A DNA stretch of 64,000 bases from Phycisphaerae bacterium (GTDB lineage Bacteria; Planctomycetota; Phycisphaerae; UBA1845; Fen-1342), in contig CAXXWX010000015.1 of assembly GCA_963675745.2 (NCBI GenBank), forward strand, positions 256,001 to 320,000. Direction: 5' to 3'. Position numbers and translations under genes: made by a program. This document shows positions 49,822 to 58,064 of the stretch, piece by piece; position 1 is the first letter of the stretch, and every line of letters begins with the position of its first letter. The notes below the pieces were generated by a model. It did no database searches, was not told the DNA's origin, and was given only the letters and a program-made list of their open reading frames with translations.

Positions 49822-51567
49822 CTAGTCCTTGGCCGGCAGCGGGCCGGCCAGCAGCTCGAACTCGTCCAGCGGTGACCGGTCGCCGGTCAGGATGGTCTCG
49901 ATGTTCATGCGCAGCTTGGGCATCTCGGCCTCGATGAAGCGGTGCGCAACGCGGCGCTTGCGCTCGTTCACGGCCGCTTGACGCAGGAACAGATGGCCGA
50001 CAATCACGGCGATGGCCGAATCAACCAGCCGGCGCGCCGACAGGTCCAGGTAGTCGTTGCCACGCTCCTTGACGAAGGTGATCGCTTTGAGCACCTCATC
50101 CTTGGCGAGCTCGAGCTTCTGCTTGAGGTACACCAGCTCCTCGTGCTCGTAATTGATGGCCTCGTACTGGTCGACGACCTTCTCGAACGAGCCCGAGCAC
50201 ACGCCGCGCACCGCCGCCACAAGCTGCAACTGGCTGGTGCCCTCGTAAATCGTCGTGATGCGCGCATCACGCAGGTAACGCTCGGCCGGGTAGTCCTGCA
50301 TGTATCCCGAACCACCCAGAACCTGGAGGGCGGTGTCGGCCACGCGCGTACACATCTCGGAGCTGTAGTACTTGCTCATCGGCGTGAACATGCCGTTAAC
50401 GCGCTTGAGCGACCGGGCGCGCTGCTTGGCTTCCTTGAGCTCGCCACTGTCCGTGATCACGCCCGTTTCCATCCGGCGCGCGTTGTTGTTCTCCAGATCG
50501 CACCCGAAGCTGGTCTCATAGGTCAGCGCGCGGGCCGCCTCGATCGCAATCTTCATATCGGTGATCAGCTCAGCCACCGCCGGCAGGCGCTCGATCGGCC
50601 CACCGAACTGCTTGCGCGAGTGGGCATAATCGCGCGCCAGGCGATAGGCGGCTTCGGCGATGCCCAGGGATTGGGCGGCAATGCCAACGCGGGCCCCGTT
50701 CATCAGTGCCATGACGTAGGTGATCAACCCGCGCTGACGCTCACCAACCAACTTCGCGGGTACGTCGTCATAAACCAACTCGCACGTCGGAGAGCCATGG
50801 ATGCCCAGCTTGTGCTCCAAGTGGCGGACTTTGACGCGATCGGAGCGGTCCACCAGAAACAGGCTCAGCCCCCGACCGTCGGCGATCTCCGGTTCACTGC
50901 GCGCCAGCGTCAGCAGCACCTCGCCACAACCATTCGTGATAAAGCGCTTGACGCCACGCAGGTACCAATTGCCGCTATCGTCCTGAAAGGCCTTCAAGCG
51001 AACCGCCTGAAGGTCGCTGCCCGCATCCGGCTCGGTAAGCACCATCGCGCCGGTAACTTCGCCGCGCGCGAAACGCGGCAGATACTCGTCGCGAATCTCG
51101 TCGTTGGCAAAAGCGTAAATCGTTTCGGCGATGCCCTGAAGGCCGAAGATGTTCATCAGCGAGCCGTCCGCCCGGCTGACCATCTCGATCGCCATCGTAT
51201 AGACCAGGTTGGGGCAGTTCAGACCCTGGTATTTCCGCGGCAGCGTGAACCCCATCAGGTCGGCCTGGCCCAGACGCTTTATGTTGTCGGCGACGTGTGG
51301 GTGCAGCGTAACCGTGCCGTCGTCGTTGAGCGTGTTCCCGTCGGCATCGATCTCCTCGGCGCGCGGCGCGATTATGTTGGCCGAGACGTCACCCACGATC
51401 TTGAGCACGCGCTCATAGCTGTCGATGGCGTCATCGGCGTCAAGCGGGGCGTCATCGCACTCGCGATCGCGCGTGAAGTCATCCTCCTGCAACGCCGCGA
51501 TCTGCGCCAGCGGCATATGGCCGAAGAGGAATTGCATGTCTTCGTTGTCGAGGAAGAAATTGCCCAT
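49822..51567 (-). CDS. acyl-CoA dehydrogenase
   Basis: MVLTEPDAGSDL, KRFITNG, KLGIHGSPT, ALQVLGGSGY, IYEGTSQLQ. Confidence 0.95.
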   Translation of the reverse strand: MGNFFLDNEDMQFLFGHMPLAQIAALQEDDFTRDRECDDAPLDADDAIDSYERVLKIVGDVSANIIAPRAEEIDADGNTLNDDGTVTLHPHVADNIKRLGQADLMGFTLPRKYQGLNCPNLVYTMAIEMVSRADGSLMNIFGLQGIAETIYAFANDEIRDEYLPRFARGEVTGAMVLTEPDAGSDLQAVRLKAFQDDSGNWYLRGVKRFITNGCGEVLLTLARSEPEIADGRGLSLFLVDRSDRVKVRHLEHKLGIHGSPTCELVYDDVPAKLVGERQRGLITYVMALMNGARVGIAAQSLGIAEAAYRLARDYAHSRKQFGGPIERLPAVAELITDMKIAIEAARALTYETSFGCDLENNNARRMETGVITDSGELKEAKQRARSLKRVNGMFTPMSKYYSSEMCTRVADTALQVLGGSGYMQDYPAERYLRDARITTIYEGTSQLQLVAAVRGVCSGSFEKVVDQYEAINYEHEELVYLKQKLELAKDEVLKAITFVKERGNDYLDLSARRLVDSAIAVIVGHLFLRQAAVNERKRRVAHRFIEAEMPKLRMNIETILTGDRSPLDEFELLAGPLPAKD

Positions 51568-51651
51568 CAAAAAAGCCCTCAGCTTTCAGCTAACAGCCGT
51601 CAGTCATGCGGTTACGTCGGCGTCCCGTTGGTGGAGACCATGCGCAGGTCC

Positions 51652-52719
51652 TCAGAGGCCGGCGGCCTGTGCCACATCGTCATCCGCCGTCGCGCGTTCC
51701 TTGATGGCCTTGACCATCATCGGGATGATCTGGTTCAGGTCGCCGACGATGCCGTAATGCGCGACTGACAGGATCGGGGCCTCTGGATCCAGGTTGATCG
51801 CGACAATCTTGGCGGACTCTTCCATGCCGGCGCGATGCTGGATGGCGCCGCTGATGCCGCAGGCCACGTAGAGCGCGGGCCGCACCGTCGTGCCGGTTTG
51901 TCCCACCTGGTGCGCCTTGTCGATGAATCCGCCGTCGACGGCCGCCCGCGACGCGCCCACCGCCCCGCCCAGCGCACCGGCGAGGTCGTGGATTATCCGG
52001 AAGTTGTCCTTGCTGCCAACGCCGCCACCGCCGGCCACAATCGTGCGGGCGGCCTTCAGATTCACCTTGCGCTCTTCGCGGTGCCGCTCGATGATGCGCA
52101 ACGGGAAGTCCTTGTCATCGTCAAAGGCGACCTTTTCCTGCACGACCTCACCCGTGCGCGTCGGGTCACCTTCGAGCAACGGCATCACACCCTCGCGCAC
52201 GGTCGCCATTTGCGGCCAGCGGTCGTAGTTGATGATCGTCGCGATAATATTCCCGCCAAAGGCCGGCCGGATCTGGAGCAGCAGGTTCTTGTGAACCTCC
52301 TTCGTCTTCAGCTCGGTGTAATCGCCGAGATCGAGATCAGTGCAGTCGGCCGTCAGGCCCGCGCGCATCTGCGAGGCCACGCGCGGCGCCAGATCGCGGC
52401 CCAGGTGCGTCGCTCCATAGAGCACGATCTGCGGCTTGTGCCTGCTGATCAGCTCGCAAACCACCTTCGCATAGGGCTGGGTCTGGTAGTGATCGATGCG
52501 GCGGTCTTCGACCAGGTACACATTGTCGGCCCCGTAAGCGATGAGCCGCGCTGACAACTCGCGAACTTCCCAACCGGGCAGGACCGCCCCGACCTTTACG
52601 CCGAGCTTGTCCGCCAGTTGGCGCGCTTTGCCCAGCAATTCAAGCGAGACGTCGTGCAGAGCACCGTCTTCCTGCTCGGCAAACACCCAGACCTCGCCAT
52701 CTCTGTTAACGTCGATCAT
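51652..52719 (-). CDS. etfA: electron transfer flavoprotein alpha subunit
   Basis: GLTADCT, RPAFGGN, GASRAAVD, QVGQTG, GISGAIQH. Confidence 0.96.
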   Translation of the reverse strand: MIDVNRDGEVWVFAEQEDGALHDVSLELLGKARQLADKLGVKVGAVLPGWEVRELSARLIAYGADNVYLVEDRRIDHYQTQPYAKVVCELISRHKPQIVLYGATHLGRDLAPRVASQMRAGLTADCTDLDLGDYTELKTKEVHKNLLLQIRPAFGGNIIATIINYDRWPQMATVREGVMPLLEGDPTRTGEVVQEKVAFDDDKDFPLRIIERHREERKVNLKAARTIVAGGGGVGSKDNFRIIHDLAGALGGAVGASRAAVDGGFIDKAHQVGQTGTTVRPALYVACGISGAIQHRAGMEESAKIVAINLDPEAPILSVAHYGIVGDLNQIIPMMVKAIKERATADDDVAQAAGL

Positions 52720-52837
52720 CTTGCCTCCTCGGCACCACCCGCGTGGGCTGGAATCCCGAGTACTAAGCCCCGTCGAGTCCACAGAGCCGGCCGCCTGCCA
52801 CTGCTCTGTCGGCCATGCTTCTGCGGCGACCGCACAA

Positions 52838-52860
52838 CACGGCTCACAGAGCCGTGGCAC
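52838..52860. repeat. CACGGCTCACAGAGCCGTGGCAC palindromic repeat
   Basis: identical unit at 57374-57396 and its inverse at 57323. Confidence 0.8.
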
Positions 52861-52887
52861 ACGCGCAGTCGGCGCTCATCGCCGGCC

Positions 52888-53808
52888 CTAGCCCAGCGTA
52901 TGGTCCTTCACCAGCTCTGATATCATCCGCCGCACCCCGTCCTCTGTCGGCGGAATCTCGGTGTACCCTTCCTTGGTCAGCACTATCGACTGCACGCGGT
53001 GTACCTTGGTCGGTGATCCGGACAGGCCACACCACTGCATGTCCGCCGCGATATCGTCAAGATCCCACTGGTCAAGCATCAGCCCGCGCGGCCGCAGCGC
53101 CTCGGCGAGCCGTTCGGCCTCCGCCTCGACCTTGCCATTGTCGGCGTCTTTCAGGTTGGCTTTGGCCGCGCCGATCAGCTCGATGCGCGTGCGGGCCCGC
53201 TTGTACTTCATGACGCGTTTGGCACCCTGCGGCCGTGGCATATTGGCCGTATCGAGCACGGTCACCAACACAGGCAGACCGACCTCAACAATCTCCCAGC
53301 CGTTGCCCACATTTCGCCGCAGCCGGGCGGTTTTTCCGTCCAGCGCGACGACCTGTTCCAGGTACGTGACCTGCGGGATGCCGAGCTTCTCGGCACACTG
53401 GGGCCCGACCTGCGCCGTGTCGCCGTCGATCGCCTGGCGGCCGCAGAACACGAAATCATAGCTACCCAGCTTTTTGATGGCGCAGGCGAGGATGTAGCTG
53501 GTCGCCAGCGTGTCGCTGGCCGCCGCGCGGCGATCGGTGATCAGGACCGCTCGATCGACGCCGCGGTAGAGGCACTCGCGCAAGACCTCGCTCGCCGCCG
53601 GCGGCCCCATCGTCACCACGGTCACGCTCCCGCCGTGCGCGTCGCGGATTTGCAGGGCTGTTTCCAGCGCGTGCAGATCCTCGGGGTTGAAGATGGCCGG
53701 CAGCGCGGCGCGGTTGACGGTTCCGTCTTCCTTCATTGCCTCGGCCGTGACATTGGCCGTATCGGGCACCTGTTTTACGCATACAATGCAGTCGTAAGGC
53801 ACGAGCAC
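52888..53808 (-). CDS. etfB: electron transfer flavoprotein beta subunit
   Basis: VCVKQVPD, NPEDL.ALE, MGPP, SDTLATS, GRQAIDGDTAQVG, GLSGSPTKV. Confidence 0.96.
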   Translation of the reverse strand: MLVPYDCIVCVKQVPDTANVTAEAMKEDGTVNRAALPAIFNPEDLHALETALQIRDAHGGSVTVVTMGPPAASEVLRECLYRGVDRAVLITDRRAAASDTLATSYILACAIKKLGSYDFVFCGRQAIDGDTAQVGPQCAEKLGIPQVTYLEQVVALDGKTARLRRNVGNGWEIVEVGLPVLVTVLDTANMPRPQGAKRVMKYKRARTRIELIGAAKANLKDADNGKVEAEAERLAEALRPRGLMLDQWDLDDIAADMQWCGLSGSPTKVHRVQSIVLTKEGYTEIPPTEDGVRRMISELVKDHTLG

Positions 53809-53891
53809 GTCTCCCTGAGCAGATAATCAGCGGGAAGCTAGCACGCGTGACCACCAGCGTCAAGAACAAGGCCCCGGCCGCCATCTGCGTC

Positions 53892-53993
53892 GGGTCCGTG
53901 ACAGTTTAGGCGGGAATTCCGCGCCGGTGGTTTCCGAGTCATGTGCCCCGTAGGGACGACGTGCCTACCATCCGCCGATTGTGTCACGGGCCC
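53892..53993. mobile_element. minimal 102-bp MITE with TIRs and a perfect 9-bp TSD
   Basis: GGGTCCGTGACA...TGTCACGGGCCC flanked by ATCTGCGTC (53883-53891 and 53994-54002). Confidence 0.9.
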
Positions 53994-54271
53994 ATCTGCG
54001 TCGCGGTGTGGCGGTATTTACGACACGGCAGACGTGGATTCTCCCTGTCTCCAGCGGAAACCCGACGCCACTGACCTCCTCGCCGGCGGTGAGAGTGTCT
54101 GACGTCGCAGTTGCCTTGTCGCCGTGGAACCGTATCATTTCGATACTGTTTAGTGGGTATTCACCAGCACCAATGAGCCGCGGGCCTGATGCCCGCGCGG
54201 CGACACGTTCAGCGGCCGGTCGCGCGACAGCCTGACGCCGGCCGCCGTGGAAGCTGCACCTGGAGAGCATT

Positions 54272-55045
54272 ATGGGTTTGATGGACGGCAAGAAGGGCAT
54301 GATTTTCGGCGTGGCCAATGACCGGTCGCTGGCATGGCATATCGCCGAACGGCTGCACGAAGAGGGCGCGGAGCTGGGCTTCACGCACCTGCCGCCGCCC
54401 AAGATGGAACGTCGCGTGCGCATTCTGGCCGAGCCGATCGGCGCCAAGTGCATCGTGCCCTGCGACGTGCAGGATGACGAGCAGATCAAGCAGGCGTTTC
54501 AGGCGGCCAACAAGGCGATGGGCCATCTCGATTTCGTGGTGCACGCGATCGCATACGCCAACCGGGCCGCGTTGCACAACCCCTACTACAAAACCAGCCG
54601 CGAGGATTTTCAACAGGCGATGGACATCAGCGCCTACTCGCTGGTGGCGTTGTGCCATTGGGGGCTGCGCTATCTCAACGAGGGGGCGAGCATCCTCACG
54701 CTGAGTTACCTCGGCTCGGTCAAGGTGATCCCGGGCTATAACGTCATGGGCGTGTGCAAGGCGGCGCTCGAATCCTCCACGCGTTACCTCGCCGCCGACC
54801 TCGGCCGCGAGCATCACGTGCGCGTCAACGCCCTGTCGGCCGGCCCGGTGCAGACGCTCTCCGCCGCCGGCGTCGGCGGCTTCGACAAAGTTCTCCGCCA
54901 CTACCCGCACAAATCGCCGCTGCACCGCAATATCCGCGGCCACGAAGTCGGCTCCGCCGGGCTGTACCTGCTCAGCGACCTTTCCAGCGGCGTAACCGGC
55001 GAAGTCCACTACGTCGACGCGGGCTACAACACCGTCGGCTGGTAG
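54272..55045 (+). CDS. fabI: enoyl-ACP reductase FabI
   Basis: GVANDRSLAW.IA, DISAYSL, YNVMGVCKAALE, VNALSAGP, VTGEVHYVDAG. Confidence 0.96.
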   Translation: MGLMDGKKGMIFGVANDRSLAWHIAERLHEEGAELGFTHLPPPKMERRVRILAEPIGAKCIVPCDVQDDEQIKQAFQAANKAMGHLDFVVHAIAYANRAALHNPYYKTSREDFQQAMDISAYSLVALCHWGLRYLNEGASILTLSYLGSVKVIPGYNVMGVCKAALESSTRYLAADLGREHHVRVNALSAGPVQTLSAAGVGGFDKVLRHYPHKSPLHRNIRGHEVGSAGLYLLSDLSSGVTGEVHYVDAGYNTVGW

Positions 55046-55131
55046 GGCACGTCGAGCGCGGCGAGACGTGCCGATTCGCCGGCGCTCAACAACGCGATTG
55101 GCGGACGGGTAGCAAGGGACCGAGGGATTGA

Positions 55132-55160
55132 GGGAACGGGGAACGGGGAACGGGGAACGG
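55132..55160. repeat. heptamer tandem repeat (GGGAACG)4
   Basis: direct reading. Confidence 0.85.
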
Positions 55161-55299
55161 GGGATGCCGCTAATTGGCCTTATTCTTAATCCCTCCTGTT
55201 CCTTAGTCCCCGCACCGTATGAACGCATCCGCCTGTTCGCGTACGCTGCACGCCCGGACTATCATGGCGTCATCGGATTACGCCGAGCAGGGGAACGCC

Positions 55300-55896
55300 A
55301 TGTCCAACCGCCAACCACCGACCATCAGCAACCTGCCACCACGCCTGGCGGCGACCTTCGCACTGATTCCGATCAGCTTCGGCGTGGCATTCATTGCAGT
55401 ACTCGCTGAAGCGATGCTGCCGTGGAACCTCGGGGAATGGTACGGATTGTCAGCGCTAATTCTCCCTGTACTCGTGTTCCACATAGGTGGCCAGGCGATT
55501 TGGTGGGGTACGGTTGATTGGACATTCCGGCGCCGGTTGGCTGTATTCGGTGCGAATCTTGTGTGGTTCATGTTGCTCGTCTCTATTCACGGCGTCATGT
55601 ACTTCGCGGATGAGGGTGCATACGTGTATGCGCTCCTCGTGACGCTCATCGCCAGCCCGGCCATCCTTCTAGTCATCAATCGGGTATGTTGGTCACCGCC
55701 ACGCCACAGCGCGCTCGTGGGCGCGGTGCCCTGCCCCAGGTGTGGTCATGATCTGCGCGGCGAGGGACGCTGCGGGTGTGGCGAGTGCCACACTGAGTTT
55801 ACGCTTGCAGAGCTCGTGGAATCCACACGGGTCGCCAGAGCGCTGAACCTACCCGGGCAACAGCGACCGTGTGCACACAAGGTGGCCGGCGGATGA
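55300..55896 (+). CDS. membrane protein with C-terminal Zn-ribbon, paralogue 1
   Basis: four TM segments; CPRCGHDLRG...CGCGEC. Confidence 0.8.
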   Translation: MSNRQPPTISNLPPRLAATFALIPISFGVAFIAVLAEAMLPWNLGEWYGLSALILPVLVFHIGGQAIWWGTVDWTFRRRLAVFGANLVWFMLLVSIHGVMYFADEGAYVYALLVTLIASPAILLVINRVCWSPPRHSALVGAVPCPRCGHDLRGEGRCGCGECHTEFTLAELVESTRVARALNLPGQQRPCAHKVAGG

Positions 55897-56468
55897 ACCA
55901 AACCAAACAAACGCGGTCTGGACCGCTTCACCCCCGCCTGGCGATCAGTTTCCTGCTGCTTCCCCTGTCACTCGGCGTGATCGGCATGCTGTGGGCCGCC
56001 GCTACGTATCTCGTTAGCGACCTACGCCTACCAGCCGCTACGGTTGTTTTCTGCGCGGCGGCTGTCTTGGCCGCCCTTCTGCCGCCGGGCATCGCATACG
56101 TTGGCGGGGTTCTTCTCTGGGCGCCTACCGTTCGCTGGACACGGCGGCGGCGGCCTTCCATGCGATTGCTGCATCTCGCGGCGGCCGTCACGATGGCCGC
56201 CGGACTGGGAGTCACAATCCTCTCCAGTGTGTTTTGGCTTTTCCTCGTGCTTTTTGCCAGCTCGCTGATACTCGCCGGGATCGCGCTCATCGTCATGAAT
56301 CGCATCTGCTACGATCCGCCGGACGTGGGCGACGAGATGCCTTGCCCGGCGTGCGGCTATGACCTGCGTGGACAGCGCGAGTGCCGCTGTCCGGAGTGCG
56401 GCCGGCGCTACACCGTCGGCGAACTCGTGAACCGTAGCCAGTTGCTGGACCCGCTGGGGTGCTACTGA
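55893..56468 (+). CDS. membrane protein with C-terminal Zn-ribbon, paralogue 2
   Basis: ATGA overlap with paralogue 1; CPACGYDLRGQRECRCPECG. Confidence 0.85.
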   Translation: MNQTKQTRSGPLHPRLAISFLLLPLSLGVIGMLWAAATYLVSDLRLPAATVVFCAAAVLAALLPPGIAYVGGVLLWAPTVRWTRRRRPSMRLLHLAAAVTMAAGLGVTILSSVFWLFLVLFASSLILAGIALIVMNRICYDPPDVGDEMPCPACGYDLRGQRECRCPECGRRYTVGELVNRSQLLDPLGCY

Positions 56469-56620
56469 CCTCATGCGGATCGCGGTGGGCGCGAGAGTCA
56501 GTCCCCCACGGCAAGCCATGGGGCACCCGCCCCGGCACTGGCGAATGACGTGGCGCGCTCGCCTGCGCGCGCGGCTCGGGGTAGCATGGCGCGACCGGAC
56601 CGCCGTGAACTGGAAACGCT

Positions 56621-57262
56621 ATGCCTGTTACGCGAGATCACACCACCGGCGATTCACCGCCGCATCGGCGGCGGCAGATCGGCTTGCTGCACCCGCGCCT
56701 GGTCGCCACTATCGCGCTGCTGCCGCTGACGGGCGGCGTGCTGATCATCGAAGCGTTCATCTGCGATTGGCTGCGCATCGACCCCGACCGGCCCCTGACG
56801 GTGCTGATCTTCATGACGCCGATGGTGTGCTTCAACGCCGGTCTGCTGCTGATCTGGTGGCGCACCATCAAATGGACCGCAAGCCGCCGGCTGAAGGTGG
56901 CGGCAATTCTTCTCGGCCTGCTCGCGCTGTACACCCCGGCCGCCGCGTACCTGCTTATGGCCAACGACGACGACGTGGGCATCTTGCTGTGCCTGAGCGT
57001 CAGTTTCACGGGCGGGGCGGTGGCGATGGTACTCATCAGCGCGGTCTGCTGGACCCCGCCGGGCAACCCGATCACGCCGCGTCCGGTGCCGTGCCCGCAA
57101 TGCGGACACGACCTGCGCGGGCAGCGCTCGTGCCGGTGCGGCGCCTGTGGCTATCAGGCCACGCTCGCCGAGCTGGCCGCATCAAAGGCCGTCGCCGACG
57201 CCTTGGGGCTGGATACGGACGCGCTCACAGCCCAGTCTGCCAAGACGATTGGTATCACGTAA
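56621..57262 (+). CDS. membrane protein with C-terminal Zn-ribbon, paralogue 3
   Basis: LHPRLVATIALLP; CPQCGHDLRGQRSCRCGACG. Confidence 0.85.
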   Translation: MPVTRDHTTGDSPPHRRRQIGLLHPRLVATIALLPLTGGVLIIEAFICDWLRIDPDRPLTVLIFMTPMVCFNAGLLLIWWRTIKWTASRRLKVAAILLGLLALYTPAAAYLLMANDDDVGILLCLSVSFTGGAVAMVLISAVCWTPPGNPITPRPVPCPQCGHDLRGQRSCRCGACGYQATLAELAASKAVADALGLDTDALTAQSAKTIGIT

Positions 57263-57287
57263 GGCGCCACGCCGGAGTCGTCGCAGA

Positions 57288-58022
57288 ATGGCTGATCTTC
57301 CGCCGCACAGAGAACCTCGCGCGTGCCACGGCTCTGTGAGCCGTGCCTGTCCCGCCACGGGCCTTGCCGAAAACACGGCTCACAGAGCCGTGGCACACAT
57401 CGCAGACTCGTCGGGCCCGGATACCCGGCGGACGCGCAGACCGGCGACACTCGGCGGCTCGATTCATCCGCGCATCGTGGCCACCGTGGCACTGCTACCC
57501 TTCGGCCTGGGCATCGAAATCCCCCTCGTGTTCATGTACGCCTACTACAGCTCACGCGTGTTCAGCCCGGCGGGCAGTAACGCGCTCGCACAGGTATCTC
57601 TGATGGCCATGATTTGTGTGCCCGCGGTGGTGTTTTATGGCGGAGCGCTTGCCATCTGGTGGCCAACCGTGCGCTGGACGCCGGCGCGCCAACTCGCGGC
57701 CGTGATGGCTACGGGCGTTCTCGGTGCCGCGGTCGTGGTGGGCATGCTTGTTTCCGGCTGGTTTATGTCCGCAATTGGCATGCTTGCCACCGCCGTGGCG
57801 TGCGTTGTCGGCGGATCTGTTGCGATGGTCATCCTGTACTGCGTCTGCTGGTCGCCGCCGGTCGGGTCCGGCGGCCCGAGCGACGTGCGCTGCCTGGAGT
57901 GCCTGTACGACATGCGCGGGCAGCACGAATGCCGCTGCCCGGAGTGCGGCGCGTCGTTCACCGTCGCGGAACTGCTTTGCCGGGGAGATTACGCGCCACC
58001 GATCGGCCTGGATTGGCGCTGA
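57288..58022 (+). CDS. membrane protein with C-terminal Zn-ribbon, paralogue 4
   Basis: IHPRIVATVALLP; CLECLYDMRGQHECRCPECG; start uncertain. Confidence 0.8.
   Translation: MADLPPHREPRACHGSVSRACPATGLAENTAHRAVAHIADSSGPDTRRTRRPATLGGSIHPRIVATVALLPFGLGIEIPLVFMYAYYSSRVFSPAGSNALAQVSLMAMICVPAVVFYGGALAIWWPTVRWTPARQLAAVMATGVLGAAVVVGMLVSGWFMSAIGMLATAVACVVGGSVAMVILYCVCWSPPVGSGGPSDVRCLECLYDMRGQHECRCPECGASFTVAELLCRGDYAPPIGLDWR
57323..57396. repeat. inverted REP doublet inside the 5' part of paralogue 4
   Basis: GTGCCACGGCTCTGTGAGCCGTG ... CACGGCTCACAGAGCCGTGGCAC. Confidence 0.85.
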
Positions 58023-58064
58023 GCTCAGGATTCAAGCGGTAGACATCCAGGGGAGGATTACGCC

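Noticed and set aside
9233..51768. Long antisense or alternative-frame ORFs (e.g. 9233-10750, 12253-13830, 30800-32185, 38654-40303, 49942-51768)
   Set aside because: They overlap well-supported genes and carry no motifs; such shadow ORFs are expected in high-GC DNA.
49822..53808. acd-etfA-etfB cluster as a novel system
   Set aside because: This is a well-known operon type, and nothing unusual is visible beyond a REP between etfB and etfA.
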